This document shows, one piece after another, positions 7,587 to 15,087 of a stretch of DNA of 32,000 nucleotides. Both the position numbers and the translations under genes were made by a program. Where the stretch lies: NCBI GenBank assembly GCA_942493095.1, contig OW818675.1, positions 1 through 32,000 of the forward strand. The letters are read 5' to 3'. The notes beneath the pieces are model-generated. The model was not told where the DNA came from. It saw only the letters and a list, made by a program, of their open reading frames with translations, and did no database searches. Each line of letters begins with the position of its first letter. The first letter of the stretch is position 1. The DNA is from Candidatus Electronema halotolerans. GTDB lineage: Bacteria; Desulfobacterota; Desulfobulbia; Desulfobulbales; Desulfobulbaceae.

Positions 7587-8729
7587 TCACTGATTCAGCA
7601 GCAAATGGAGCGTGGCTTGCAAGGCCGGGTGAAATGAGGACGGCTGCGCAAAGTACGGCTGTAGAAAAGCCATTGCCGCTTGGTCCGGCCCTTGATCAGG
7701 CTGGCCTAAATTTGTCGGCTCAAGGGTGAATTGATAATCATCATCCCACCACGGGCCGCCAGCCCACCACGTCCAGCCAAGCCATACATCAGAATTTTCT
7801 TTGATATAGGTGAGCATGTTGTAAATGACCTCATCACCAATTTGGTCTTCTGCTGTGCCAATTGTGGAATTAGCCACGGCAAATTCAGCAAGAAAACCTT
7901 TGAAGTTGTGTTCTTTCAGCCAGTTGGTGAATTCCTCAAACTTCCATGTAATATAGGGATCATTGTTGCAAATTTCAGATGACTGGCCGGAGCTGTCACA
8001 ATCCATATACTGGTGAACTTCAAAGGCAAAATTGTTTTCCGAATCAACAATATTGAGCATGGCCTCAGAATTGGCACCATCATACCATGTTGCTGTCCAT
8101 GACCAAGCCCCGGTCCACCCGTTGCCGGGCACTAATATCAGATTTTTTGCTCCCGCATCACGAATAGCGGCAATGGCAGCATTTTCAGACGTGACCAATT
8201 GTGCTGTGGGCATGCTATTTGGTTCATTCATCAAACCAAAGATGACTTGGTTATTTTCTTTATAGTGACTGGCAAGTTTACTCCAGAAATCAGCAAACGC
8301 GGAATCTGGCACTTCATCGGTTCCGACCAGTCGCTTTTGGACATCATTTGAATCAGGATAGTATCGTTGATAATTATGAGGGTCAAGAATCACATAAGCA
8401 CCCTTTTCTGTCGCATAGTCAACAAAGGCATCCATCCGTGCCAGTTCGTCTGCATCCAATGCAGCATTCTGAGATTGTTGCAGCCGTTCCCAGCGAAAGG
8501 GCAGCCGAAAGGTGTTCATGCCTTTGCCGAGATAGTAATCAATCTCGGCAGAGTTTGGATATATGTAATCGGTGCCGTAGGTGCCGGGGAGATTGGAAGG
8601 GGTAGAGTCGGCACCGGATAAATTGATGCCGGTATATTTAATTTTTGCCTGCAAAATTGCTGGAAAAAACAGTAAGGCTGTGATCGTAAGCAATAAAAAC
8701 AATATCTGATGGAAGCTGCTTTTCTTCAC
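7587..8729 (-). CDS. Secreted glycoside hydrolase family 5 (cellulase/endoglucanase-like)
   Basis: GH5 pattern: TFRLPFRWERL, VILDPHNY, the acid/base motif FGLMNEPN, HQY, and the nucleophile context GFLAEFAV. I place the start at the GTG at 8729, because AAGGAG (complement of 8736-8741) lies 6 nt upstream and gives a classic signal peptide (V/M)KKSSFHQILFLLLTITALLFFPAILQA. The TTG at 8759 in the ORF track has no SD. GC is lower than the neighbours: sample lines count 21/60, 25/60 and 32/60. Confidence 0.8.
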   Translation of the reverse strand: MKKSSFHQILFLLLTITALLFFPAILQAKIKYTGINLSGADSTPSNLPGTYGTDYIYPNSAEIDYYLGKGMNTFRLPFRWERLQQSQNAALDADELARMDAFVDYATEKGAYVILDPHNYQRYYPDSNDVQKRLVGTDEVPDSAFADFWSKLASHYKENNQVIFGLMNEPNSMPTAQLVTSENAAIAAIRDAGAKNLILVPGNGWTGAWSWTATWYDGANSEAMLNIVDSENNFAFEVHQYMDCDSSGQSSEICNNDPYITWKFEEFTNWLKEHNFKGFLAEFAVANSTIGTAEDQIGDEVIYNMLTYIKENSDVWLGWTWWAGGPWWDDDYQFTLEPTNLGQPDQGPDQAAMAFLQPYFAQPSSFHPALQATLHLLLNQ

Positions 8730-9003
8730 TGAATTCTCCTTGTGTAAATGCGGATTCAAGTTGCAAGAGCAACGTTTGCTGATTTAAAAAGAACGAATTA
8801 CAGCAGGATGATAACCCGATTTTTGCAAAATAGCAAGAGGAGCGCAGAAAATCAACTTACCGAAACAAAACGTGACCAGATAGATGTACGCCTTGAGGCA
8901 GGCAGGATTGAAGCTGTCACGAAAATTTCCTGGCTTCATCACACCCAAAAAGCTATTCTTGAGAGTGAGTTAATCCGCAATCTCTGACCGCAACTGAACC
9001 ACC

Positions 9004-10581
9004 ATGCAAACGCAACACATTGCCGTTGTCGGCACCGGCTACTGGGGCAAGAATCTTGTCCGCAACTTTCATAATCTTGGTGCCCTGCGCACGGTCTGCG
9101 ACATCAGCGAGGAAACAGTGCGCCGCTTCATCGAGCAATACCCCGGCACCTTGGGTCTTCATGCCTACAGCGAGGTGCTGGCTGACGAGGCGGTGCAAGG
9201 GGTGGTCTTGGCCACGCCTGCAATTGCTCATGCCGGGCAGGCAAAAGAAGCCCTGCTGGCAGGCAAGGATGTTTATGTTGAAAAGCCTCTCTGCCTGAGC
9301 GAGGAGGAAGGCGCGGAGCTTATTGAACTGGCGGAACAGAAAGGCCGCATTCTGATGGTCGGCCATCTGCTTTGGTATCACGCGGCAGTGCTGCGGCTCA
9401 AGGCTTTGATAGAAGCAGGCGCGCTGGGCCGCATCCAATACATCTACTCCAACCGCCTCAACCTCGGCAAACTGCGGCGGGAGGAGAACGTCCTCTGGTC
9501 TTTTGCCCCGCACGACATTTCCGTCATTCTCGGCCTGCTCGGCGAGATGCCGGAGTTCATCCAAGCCCAAGGCGGCAACTACCTGCACCGCAAAATCGCT
9601 GACAGCACGGTCAGTCTGCTCAATTTTGCCAGCGGGGTGCGGGCGCATATCTTTGTTTCCTGGCTGCATCCGTTCAAGGAGCAGAAATTAGTGGTGGTCG
9701 GCGACCGGAAAATGGCTGTCTTTGACGACACCGCGCCGTGGCCGCAGAAGCTGGCCCTGTATCCGCATTCGGTGGAGTGGTCAGGCAACGTGCCAATGGC
9801 GCACAAGGCTGAGGTGGAATACGTTGCTTTGGAGGAAAGCGAGCCGCTCCGGGCTGAGTGCCAAGCCTTCTTGGCGGCGATTGCCAGCCGCCAGCCGCCT
9901 TATACGGATGGGCGGGAAGGACTGAATGTGCTTAAAGTGCTGAACCGCTGCCAGCAGGCTTTGGAGAGCGGGGCAGCCGTGCCGGTTGAGCCGGGCAAGG
10001 AAGAGAAGAAATTTCAAGCCCATCCCAGTGCGGTGATTGACAAGGGCACGGTCATTGGCCAAGGCACGAGAATCTGGCATTTCAGCCACATTCTCTCTGG
10101 CTCGGAGATTGGCCCGGAATGCAGCATTGGCCAGAACGCGGTCATCGGTCCCAAAGTGCGGGTGGGCAAGGGCTGCAAAATTCAAAACAATGTCTCGATT
10201 TACGAGGGCGTGACCTTGGAGGATCAGGTCTTCTGCGGCCCGTCCATGGTCTTCACCAATGTCTATAACCCGCGCTGCGAATTTCCGCGCAAGAACCAAT
10301 ACCGGCAGACCTTGGTCAAGCGGGGGGCGACGCTGGGGGCCAACTGCACCGTGGTCTGCGGCATCACCATTGGCAGCTACGCCTTTATTGCCGCCGGTGC
10401 GGTGGTGAAAGAGGATGTGCCGGACTTTGCCTTGATGGTCGGCTGCCCGGCCCGGCAGATCGGCTGGATGAGCCGCTTTGGCGAGCAGCTCGACCTGCCC
10501 CTGAGTGGTGAGGGTGAGACCGTCTGCCCGCACACTGGCGAACGGTATCGGCTGCAAGACGGCAGAGTTGCCATTGCGTAA
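9004..10581 (+). CDS. Fusion of a Gfo/Idh/MocA-family NAD-dependent sugar dehydrogenase (WbpB-like) and a left-handed beta-helix hexapeptide N-acetyltransferase (WbpD-like)
   Basis: The N-terminus has the Rossmann motif [13 protein letters not shown] and EKPL typical of Gfo/Idh/MocA. From about nt 10015 come hexapeptide repeats ([59 protein letters not shown]...). It is one continuous ORF. Confidence 0.8.
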   Translation: MQTQHIAVVGTGYWGKNLVRNFHNLGALRTVCDISEETVRRFIEQYPGTLGLHAYSEVLADEAVQGVVLATPAIAHAGQAKEALLAGKDVYVEKPLCLSEEEGAELIELAEQKGRILMVGHLLWYHAAVLRLKALIEAGALGRIQYIYSNRLNLGKLRREENVLWSFAPHDISVILGLLGEMPEFIQAQGGNYLHRKIADSTVSLLNFASGVRAHIFVSWLHPFKEQKLVVVGDRKMAVFDDTAPWPQKLALYPHSVEWSGNVPMAHKAEVEYVALEESEPLRAECQAFLAAIASRQPPYTDGREGLNVLKVLNRCQQALESGAAVPVEPGKEEKKFQAHPSAVIDKGTVIGQGTRIWHFSHILSGSEIGPECSIGQNAVIGPKVRVGKGCKIQNNVSIYEGVTLEDQVFCGPSMVFTNVYNPRCEFPRKNQYRQTLVKRGATLGANCTVVCGITIGSYAFIAAGAVVKEDVPDFALMVGCPARQIGWMSRFGEQLDLPLSGEGETVCPHTGERYRLQDGRVAIA

Positions 10582-10604
10582 ATGCTGGCTTGCGGTGATG
10601 CCCT

Positions 10605-10619
10605 GTTGAAGCGTTCAAC
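10605..10619. terminator. Small inverted repeat GTTGAA-gcg-TTCAAC between convergent genes
   Basis: Perfect 6-bp arms with a 3-nt loop in the 98-nt gap between two convergent stops. The stem is short and there is no clear U-tract, so this call is weak. Confidence 0.2.
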
Positions 10620-10679
10620 CATGCCATGCTCCGCGTAATCTGAGACCGGGAAATCAACAGCGTTCCAAGACAAAAGCGA

Positions 10680-12221
10680 TCATATATCCTCCCTGACCAG
10701 AACCAGCTCGACCCGTGGCAGTCGGTATTCATAGGCCCGCTGCGACTCGCCGGGCTGCCGTGGCAGCGGCTGATTGCCGCCTAATCCCAGCGGACGCACC
10801 CGGTTCGGGTCAATATTATGGGTGATTTGAAGATAGCGGCTCACTGCCTCAGCCCGATCCTGCGACAGACGCAAATTCTCATTCGGGTCGCCGCGCAGGC
10901 CGGTGTGGCCTTTGATGACAATGCGGAAGTGCGGATAATGACTGAGCCGCTCCATAGCCGCATCAATGGTCTGCTTGCCAAGGATGTCCAAGGTCGAGGT
11001 GCCCTGCTGGAAGATGATCGGATCAAGCTTCAGGGTGCCCACTTCCTTGAGCGCAGCCCAGCCCGCGCTGTCCAAGGGAGCAAAGGTGGCTGCCGTGCTC
11101 TTGCCGCTCTTGGTGAAGCCGGTGCTGCCCTGAAACAGCTCCTCCAGAAAGCTGCGGTTGGTGAGCCGGTAGGGATTGCCATCAGGGATCGGGCTTGAAG
11201 CAAAGTCGCCCGCATTGACGAGAATGTCAGCCGTGGATTCAATCGCGGCAATAATGCCTTCCTCGCCCATGCCGCCTGTGGCAGTCAGGCCGAACCACTG
11301 CTCGCAGTTGTCCACGAGCGAGAGCCAGTTCACGCCCTTGAGCATGATGCGGGCCTGCTCCTCATCCAAGCCGGTTTCTTCGGTAAGATGGCGGACCAGC
11401 AGGGCTTGATCCTGGCGGTATTTCTTCAGGACCTTGAAATAGGTGTTGAGGAAGAGCTTGACTAACTGGGGATTCTTGTCGGCAAAGTCACGGCGGACAA
11501 GGAGGATGTCAACAATCAGCCGCTCCGTGTCCTCTGTGCCGAGCAGCTTGACAATGCCTTTGTTCTGGAGAGCCTGGGTCACATCCGGCTCCCAGAGCAC
11601 AGCCACATCCGCCTCGCCGGAGAGCAGAACTTTTTTGGCCTGCTCTGAGCCTTTGGTGGCAATGCGCAGCGGGCCGGGCGGCGGATGCAGCTCCGGGACA
11701 TTGAAGTGGTCAGCAGCAGCCTTGGCCAGATGCTCGCTGGGGCTGGCTGAAGTGAAGGCCACCTTGGCATCGAGCTTGCCCTTGAGCGCGTCAAGATTGG
11801 CCACCCGGTCTTTGCGGGCAAGGATGGCATCGCCGCCCTTGGATTCGTCAATGACCGCGACAATCACTGCCGGGTAGCTGAACTGCTTCGCATTGAGCAG
11901 GTACGAATCCACAGTGGCCACAGCAAAATCAAACTCGCCCTCGTCCAAGCGTTTCATGCGGCTCTGATAGTCAGCCTTGTCATCCTCATAAGCCAAGAGC
12001 CAGCCAGCCCGGTGCAGGGCGGTTTTCATCTCTGGCGAGCGGATGGGAAAATAGCCGATCCAATTATCCACAGCAAGGCGGAGCTTGCCTTGAGTTCCGG
12101 CGGCATCGCTGGTCGCCTCCTGCTGGCGGTCAAGCAGCACTGGCAGGAGCAGCCATATCCCGTAGGTGACACCCATGCCGAGCAGGAGCAGGAGCAGGGC
12201 GCCGATCAGTCTGTCCTTCAT
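10680..12221 (-). CDS. Membrane-anchored periplasmic-binding-protein-like domain fused to a C-terminal OmpA-like peptidoglycan-binding domain
   Basis: N-terminal TM helix LIGALLLLLLGMGVTYGIWLLLPVLL. An SBP-like region follows (LRLAVDNWIGYFPI..., FDFAVATVDSYLLNA, VIVAVIDESKGGDAIL). The C-terminus is OmpA-like: FRIVIKGHTGLRGDPNENLRLSQDRAEAVSRYL. The ATG overlaps the upstream stop (ATGA at 12218-12221). Confidence 0.75.
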   Translation of the reverse strand: MKDRLIGALLLLLLGMGVTYGIWLLLPVLLDRQQEATSDAAGTQGKLRLAVDNWIGYFPIRSPEMKTALHRAGWLLAYEDDKADYQSRMKRLDEGEFDFAVATVDSYLLNAKQFSYPAVIVAVIDESKGGDAILARKDRVANLDALKGKLDAKVAFTSASPSEHLAKAAADHFNVPELHPPPGPLRIATKGSEQAKKVLLSGEADVAVLWEPDVTQALQNKGIVKLLGTEDTERLIVDILLVRRDFADKNPQLVKLFLNTYFKVLKKYRQDQALLVRHLTEETGLDEEQARIMLKGVNWLSLVDNCEQWFGLTATGGMGEEGIIAAIESTADILVNAGDFASSPIPDGNPYRLTNRSFLEELFQGSTGFTKSGKSTAATFAPLDSAGWAALKEVGTLKLDPIIFQQGTSTLDILGKQTIDAAMERLSHYPHFRIVIKGHTGLRGDPNENLRLSQDRAEAVSRYLQITHNIDPNRVRPLGLGGNQPLPRQPGESQRAYEYRLPRVELVLVREDI

Positions 12222-12994
12222 GGCGCAAACGCAGCCGGATCAAAGGTTTCCGCCTCAGCCAAGACATCAGCCAGCCCTTGGCGCAGGGCGGCAGGATTGT
12301 CCGCCGCCTTATAGACCGTGCGGCCCGGCATGTTGAGGCTGTGGTTCGTGCCAATGCAGAAGCCGATGGTGTGCAGCTCCACTGGCGTGTTGTTCAGCAT
12401 CCAGTTGACTTTTGCCGCAGGATCCTGGTTGCCATCGGCCTGCCCGTCCGTGACCACCACCAGCACATAACGGCCATAGCCAAGCTGGCGCGCAGCCTGC
12501 TGTTCCAGATGCGCATAACCGGTGCTGATCGCATCTTTAAGCGGGGTGCCGCCGGAAGCAGAGGCGGACTGAACCGTCTCGGCAAACTGCTGCCGGTTGC
12601 CCGTGCCCAAGGGCACCAGCTCGTAAATCTTGCTGTTGGTGAAGAGGAGCAGGCCAAGGTTGGCATCTGCCGGAACATTGGCGGCAAACTCTTTGAGCGC
12701 ATCCTTGGCTGTTTCAAGTTTGCTTTGCCTGCCAGAACACTGGTTGTCCTGCATGGAGCCGCTGCCGTCCAAGACCACATAGTAATTGGCGGCCAGCAGG
12801 TTCTTGGCCAAATGCACCTCTCCCTGCGGCGCAGGCGGCCAAGCCTTGCCAGCAGAATTCAGTGCATTTGCTGTCTTAGTCGTAGTTGCAGGCAAACTGC
12901 GCTGCTGTTTTTTCGGTGGTGGCGGTGAATCCTTGCAAGCGGTCAATCCGCCGAACAGCAGGACGGCCAGCAAGGTTGCTGCAATGCGTTTCAT
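12218..12994 (-). CDS. von Willebrand factor A (vWA) domain lipoprotein
   Basis: Signal peptide plus lipobox MKRIAATLLAVLLFGGLTAC. MIDAS motif YYVVLDGSGSM, later GGTPL and VLVVVTDGQADG. I prefer the ATG at 12994, which has SD GGGAGAG upstream, over the GTG at 13012 in the ORF track. Confidence 0.8.
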   Translation of the reverse strand: MKRIAATLLAVLLFGGLTACKDSPPPPKKQQRSLPATTTKTANALNSAGKAWPPAPQGEVHLAKNLLAANYYVVLDGSGSMQDNQCSGRQSKLETAKDALKEFAANVPADANLGLLLFTNSKIYELVPLGTGNRQQFAETVQSASASGGTPLKDAISTGYAHLEQQAARQLGYGRYVLVVVTDGQADGNQDPAAKVNWMLNNTPVELHTIGFCIGTNHSLNMPGRTVYKAADNPAALRQGLADVLAEAETFDPAAFAP

Positions 12995-13008
12995 TCTTCT
13001 CTCTCCCT

Positions 13009-14721
13009 TCACAACGGCGTGAAAACAGAAGTTTCAGCCTCAAGCTGGAGGATGCGGAACTCAACCCGCATGTTGTCGCGCCACTCCTGCTCCGTCTTAG
13101 GAGCGCACGGCTCGCTGCCGCAGATGCCGGTCTTGGGCTTGGCAATGCCGTGGCCCACGACGGCGAACTGGCTTTCATCCAAGGTGATGCCCTTGGCCGC
13201 AGCAAAGGCGATGATGCTGTCGCGCACGGCATTGGCCCGCGACAGACTGAGATTCTTGGCTGCCTGCTTGATCTGCTTGAGCACCATCTCGGTGGCATTG
13301 TTCTTCTTTGCCTTGAGATATCCAAGCGGGTCAGAATGCCCTTCAATGGTGATCACTGCGCCGCCGTAGGTGCTGGCCAGCTCAATCACCTTGCTGAAGG
13401 CATCCGCATACAGGTCCGCAGCGAACTGGTTCTGATTGGGCTGGAAAAAGACCTCAAAGGAGAACAGCTCGCCTTGGCTCAGGGTGCCCTGCTGCTGCTT
13501 GCGCTGGATCACGCCTGCCACCTTGGCAGTGTCAAACTTGGGCACAGCCACGCCCGCTATATTGCTCAGACCTTGTTTCAGGGTATTGTAATCAAAACTC
13601 GCCGCTGCAAACGGAGTCTGCTTGCCGAGCAGGCCGAGCGTGACAAAGGCGCTTTGAATCTGCTTCTGGAGCTTGTCGAAGTTGCGCGGATAGTTCTTGT
13701 CAGTGAAGAACTTGACATTGCCGGGAAAGCCGACAAATTCGCAGTCTGCATGGAGCGATTCCGCATCAGCAGTCGCTGCCGGACTGTCGAGCAGTATCTG
13801 GGCTGAAGCCTTGATCATGGCGGTGTAGTCCTTCATCCGGCTGCTCTTGTCTTTGAACAAGGCGGTGAGCTGCTCCTCGCCCTGCATCAGGCCGTTGACA
13901 AACTGCTCCACCTCGCTGCGATGGGCCTTGAAGTAATCAGAACGCACAGCATAGACATCAGCAATGACCCGGTTGGCGGTTTTGGTGGAAAGCATGATCT
14001 CCGCCCCTTTGACCGAGCCTTCCGCGCCTGTGCCGACCGTGCCGCCAGAGGTCAGGGCCAGTCCGTCCGGGATGATCATCATGGCCGCGTCAATGCCCTG
14101 ATCGCGGAAGGCCTCTGCCGGAGTCTCATCCGTGCCGGTCAAATCCTTGACCCATTTGATGGTCACATCCTTCATGGTCAGCCCGGCATCGGCGAGCACT
14201 GTGGCCAGATAATCAGCATGCGGGCCGTAGGCTTGCAGGGCCACGGTCTTGCCTTTCAGGTCCTTGGCCGTCTTGATGCCCGGCTTGACCACCAGACAGT
14301 CGCCGCCGTTTGACCACGTGAGCTGATAAATAATCACTGGCGCGGTGCGCGGGTCACGGGCAAGCACCTCGGCGGCCATGCCGACCATGCCGAGCGTGCC
14401 GCGCAGATAGGGTGTTTCGCCGCGCAGGTAGGCTTCGACCTGCTTTTTAAAGTCATCCTCGCGCACCAGGTGCAGATTCAGCCCTTTTTTGGCAAAAATG
14501 CTGCCCGGCGCAGTCTTGACCGCATTGCCGTTGGCAAGGATGGTGGCTTCGTCGCCGCCCCACGTGATGAGCGGCACTTGCACCGCCGCTCCTGCTTTAA
14601 CCTCTCCAGCCGGAGCAGTGATGACCTTGGCCAATGGCGGCGATTCAACATACTGCACGGCTTGGGCCGCAGTGCCGCAGAGCGCAAGGCAGATGCAGAG
14701 CAACTGCGCAATTTTTTTCAT
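13009..14721 (-). CDS. Secreted periplasmic-binding-protein-like domain fused to a C-terminal OmpA-like domain
   Basis: The ATG at 14721 has SD GGGAGA 7 nt upstream and gives the signal peptide MKKIAQLLCICLALCGTAAQA. The 57 codons upstream in the ORF track run into the repeat array. SBP-like region: LKGKTVALQAYGPHADYLA... OmpA-like C-terminus: VITIEGHSDPLG...LSLSRANAVRDSI...VEFRI. Confidence 0.75.
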   Translation of the reverse strand: MKKIAQLLCICLALCGTAAQAVQYVESPPLAKVITAPAGEVKAGAAVQVPLITWGGDEATILANGNAVKTAPGSIFAKKGLNLHLVREDDFKKQVEAYLRGETPYLRGTLGMVGMAAEVLARDPRTAPVIIYQLTWSNGGDCLVVKPGIKTAKDLKGKTVALQAYGPHADYLATVLADAGLTMKDVTIKWVKDLTGTDETPAEAFRDQGIDAAMMIIPDGLALTSGGTVGTGAEGSVKGAEIMLSTKTANRVIADVYAVRSDYFKAHRSEVEQFVNGLMQGEEQLTALFKDKSSRMKDYTAMIKASAQILLDSPAATADAESLHADCEFVGFPGNVKFFTDKNYPRNFDKLQKQIQSAFVTLGLLGKQTPFAAASFDYNTLKQGLSNIAGVAVPKFDTAKVAGVIQRKQQQGTLSQGELFSFEVFFQPNQNQFAADLYADAFSKVIELASTYGGAVITIEGHSDPLGYLKAKKNNATEMVLKQIKQAAKNLSLSRANAVRDSIIAFAAAKGITLDESQFAVVGHGIAKPKTGICGSEPCAPKTEQEWRDNMRVEFRILQLEAETSVFTPL

Positions 14722-14802
14722 GATAAAATCTCCCTTGAGTTGGATGCAGGTGCATTCCCAGTTTTGGGCAGCTTCGCATGAATGACAGAGTATGTCAAGT
14801 TT

Positions 14803-14831
14803 TTTATAAGAGGAATTGCGAGTTTGGGCAA
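14803..14831 (-). promoter_or_regulatory. Possible sigma70-type promoter TTGCCC-N17-TATAAA for the envelope operon
   Basis: On the minus strand, TTGCCC is the complement of 14826-14831, the spacer is 17 nt, and TATAAA is the complement of 14803-14808. It lies about 80 nt upstream of the ATG at 14721 and directly abuts the repeat array. Confidence 0.3.
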
Positions 14832-14834
14832 CCG

Positions 14835-15087
14835 GTTCATGCCCATAGTCCAGAAAGTTCCATGCACATGAACCGGAGCGTTCCATGCACATACACCCGA
14901 CTCGTCCATGTGCTTAGGCGAGGTTCATCTATGTGCTTATGCGAGACCCATCTATGTACATAGTTCTGATTCCCCCATGCACATAGATGCCGGACGACCA
15001 TGTGCATGGATGAAAAAGTTCCATGCACGGTGGTCGGTTTTCCCATTGTGCGCATGGAGGGGCGGTTCATGAACCGCCCCTACGCCT
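14835..15087. repeat. Eleven degenerate tandem units in exact 23-bp register, conserved core YCATGYRC (often CCATG-YR-CATGG)
   Basis: The 8-mers at 14837, 14860, 14883, 14906, 14929, 14952, 14975, 14998, 15021, 15044 and 15067 are TCATGCCC, CCATGCAC, CCATGCAC, CCATGTGC, CTATGTGC, CTATGTAC, CCATGCAC, CCATGTGC, CCATGCAC, CATTGTGC and TCATGAAC. The linker sequence between cores is not conserved. Confidence 0.8.
15059..15080 (-). other. Perfect 22-nt palindrome GGGGCGGTTCATGAACCGCCCC touching the NACHT stop codon
   Basis: The sequence is self-complementary over all 22 nt (a 9-bp GC-rich stem with a 4-nt loop as RNA). Its last base is the first base of the complement of the TAG at 15080-15082. 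No U-tract follows on the minus strand, so it is not a canonical intrinsic terminator. Confidence 0.5.

Noticed and set aside
7587-8759. Calling the low-GC GH5 gene (and the low-GC gene at 30404-31858) a mobile element
   Set aside because: There is no transposase, integrase or recombinase, no terminal inverted repeats, and no target-site duplication that I could identify beyond an RBS-like similarity. The composition alone supports only horizontal origin.
14744-14761. sigma54-like -24/-12 element CTGGGAATGCACCTGCAT on the minus strand upstream of the envelope operon
   Set aside because: The GG-N10-GC spacing fits, but several consensus positions are wrong. The implied start site would leave only about 14 nt of leader, with the SD at its extreme 5' end. 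No enhancer-binding protein gene is nearby.
14835-15087. Could the repeat array be a CRISPR array?
   Set aside because: The units are only 23 bp in total. They consist of a degenerate ~10-nt core with no separate repeat-plus-unique-spacer organisation, and there are no cas genes in the window.
14835-15087. CsrA/RsmA-titrating sRNA (multiple GGA motifs) if transcribed on the minus strand
   Set aside because: Only about 4 of the 11 units give GGA at the equivalent position on the minus strand (the TTCC/GTCC units). The motif is not placed in consistent hairpin loops, so the support is too weak.
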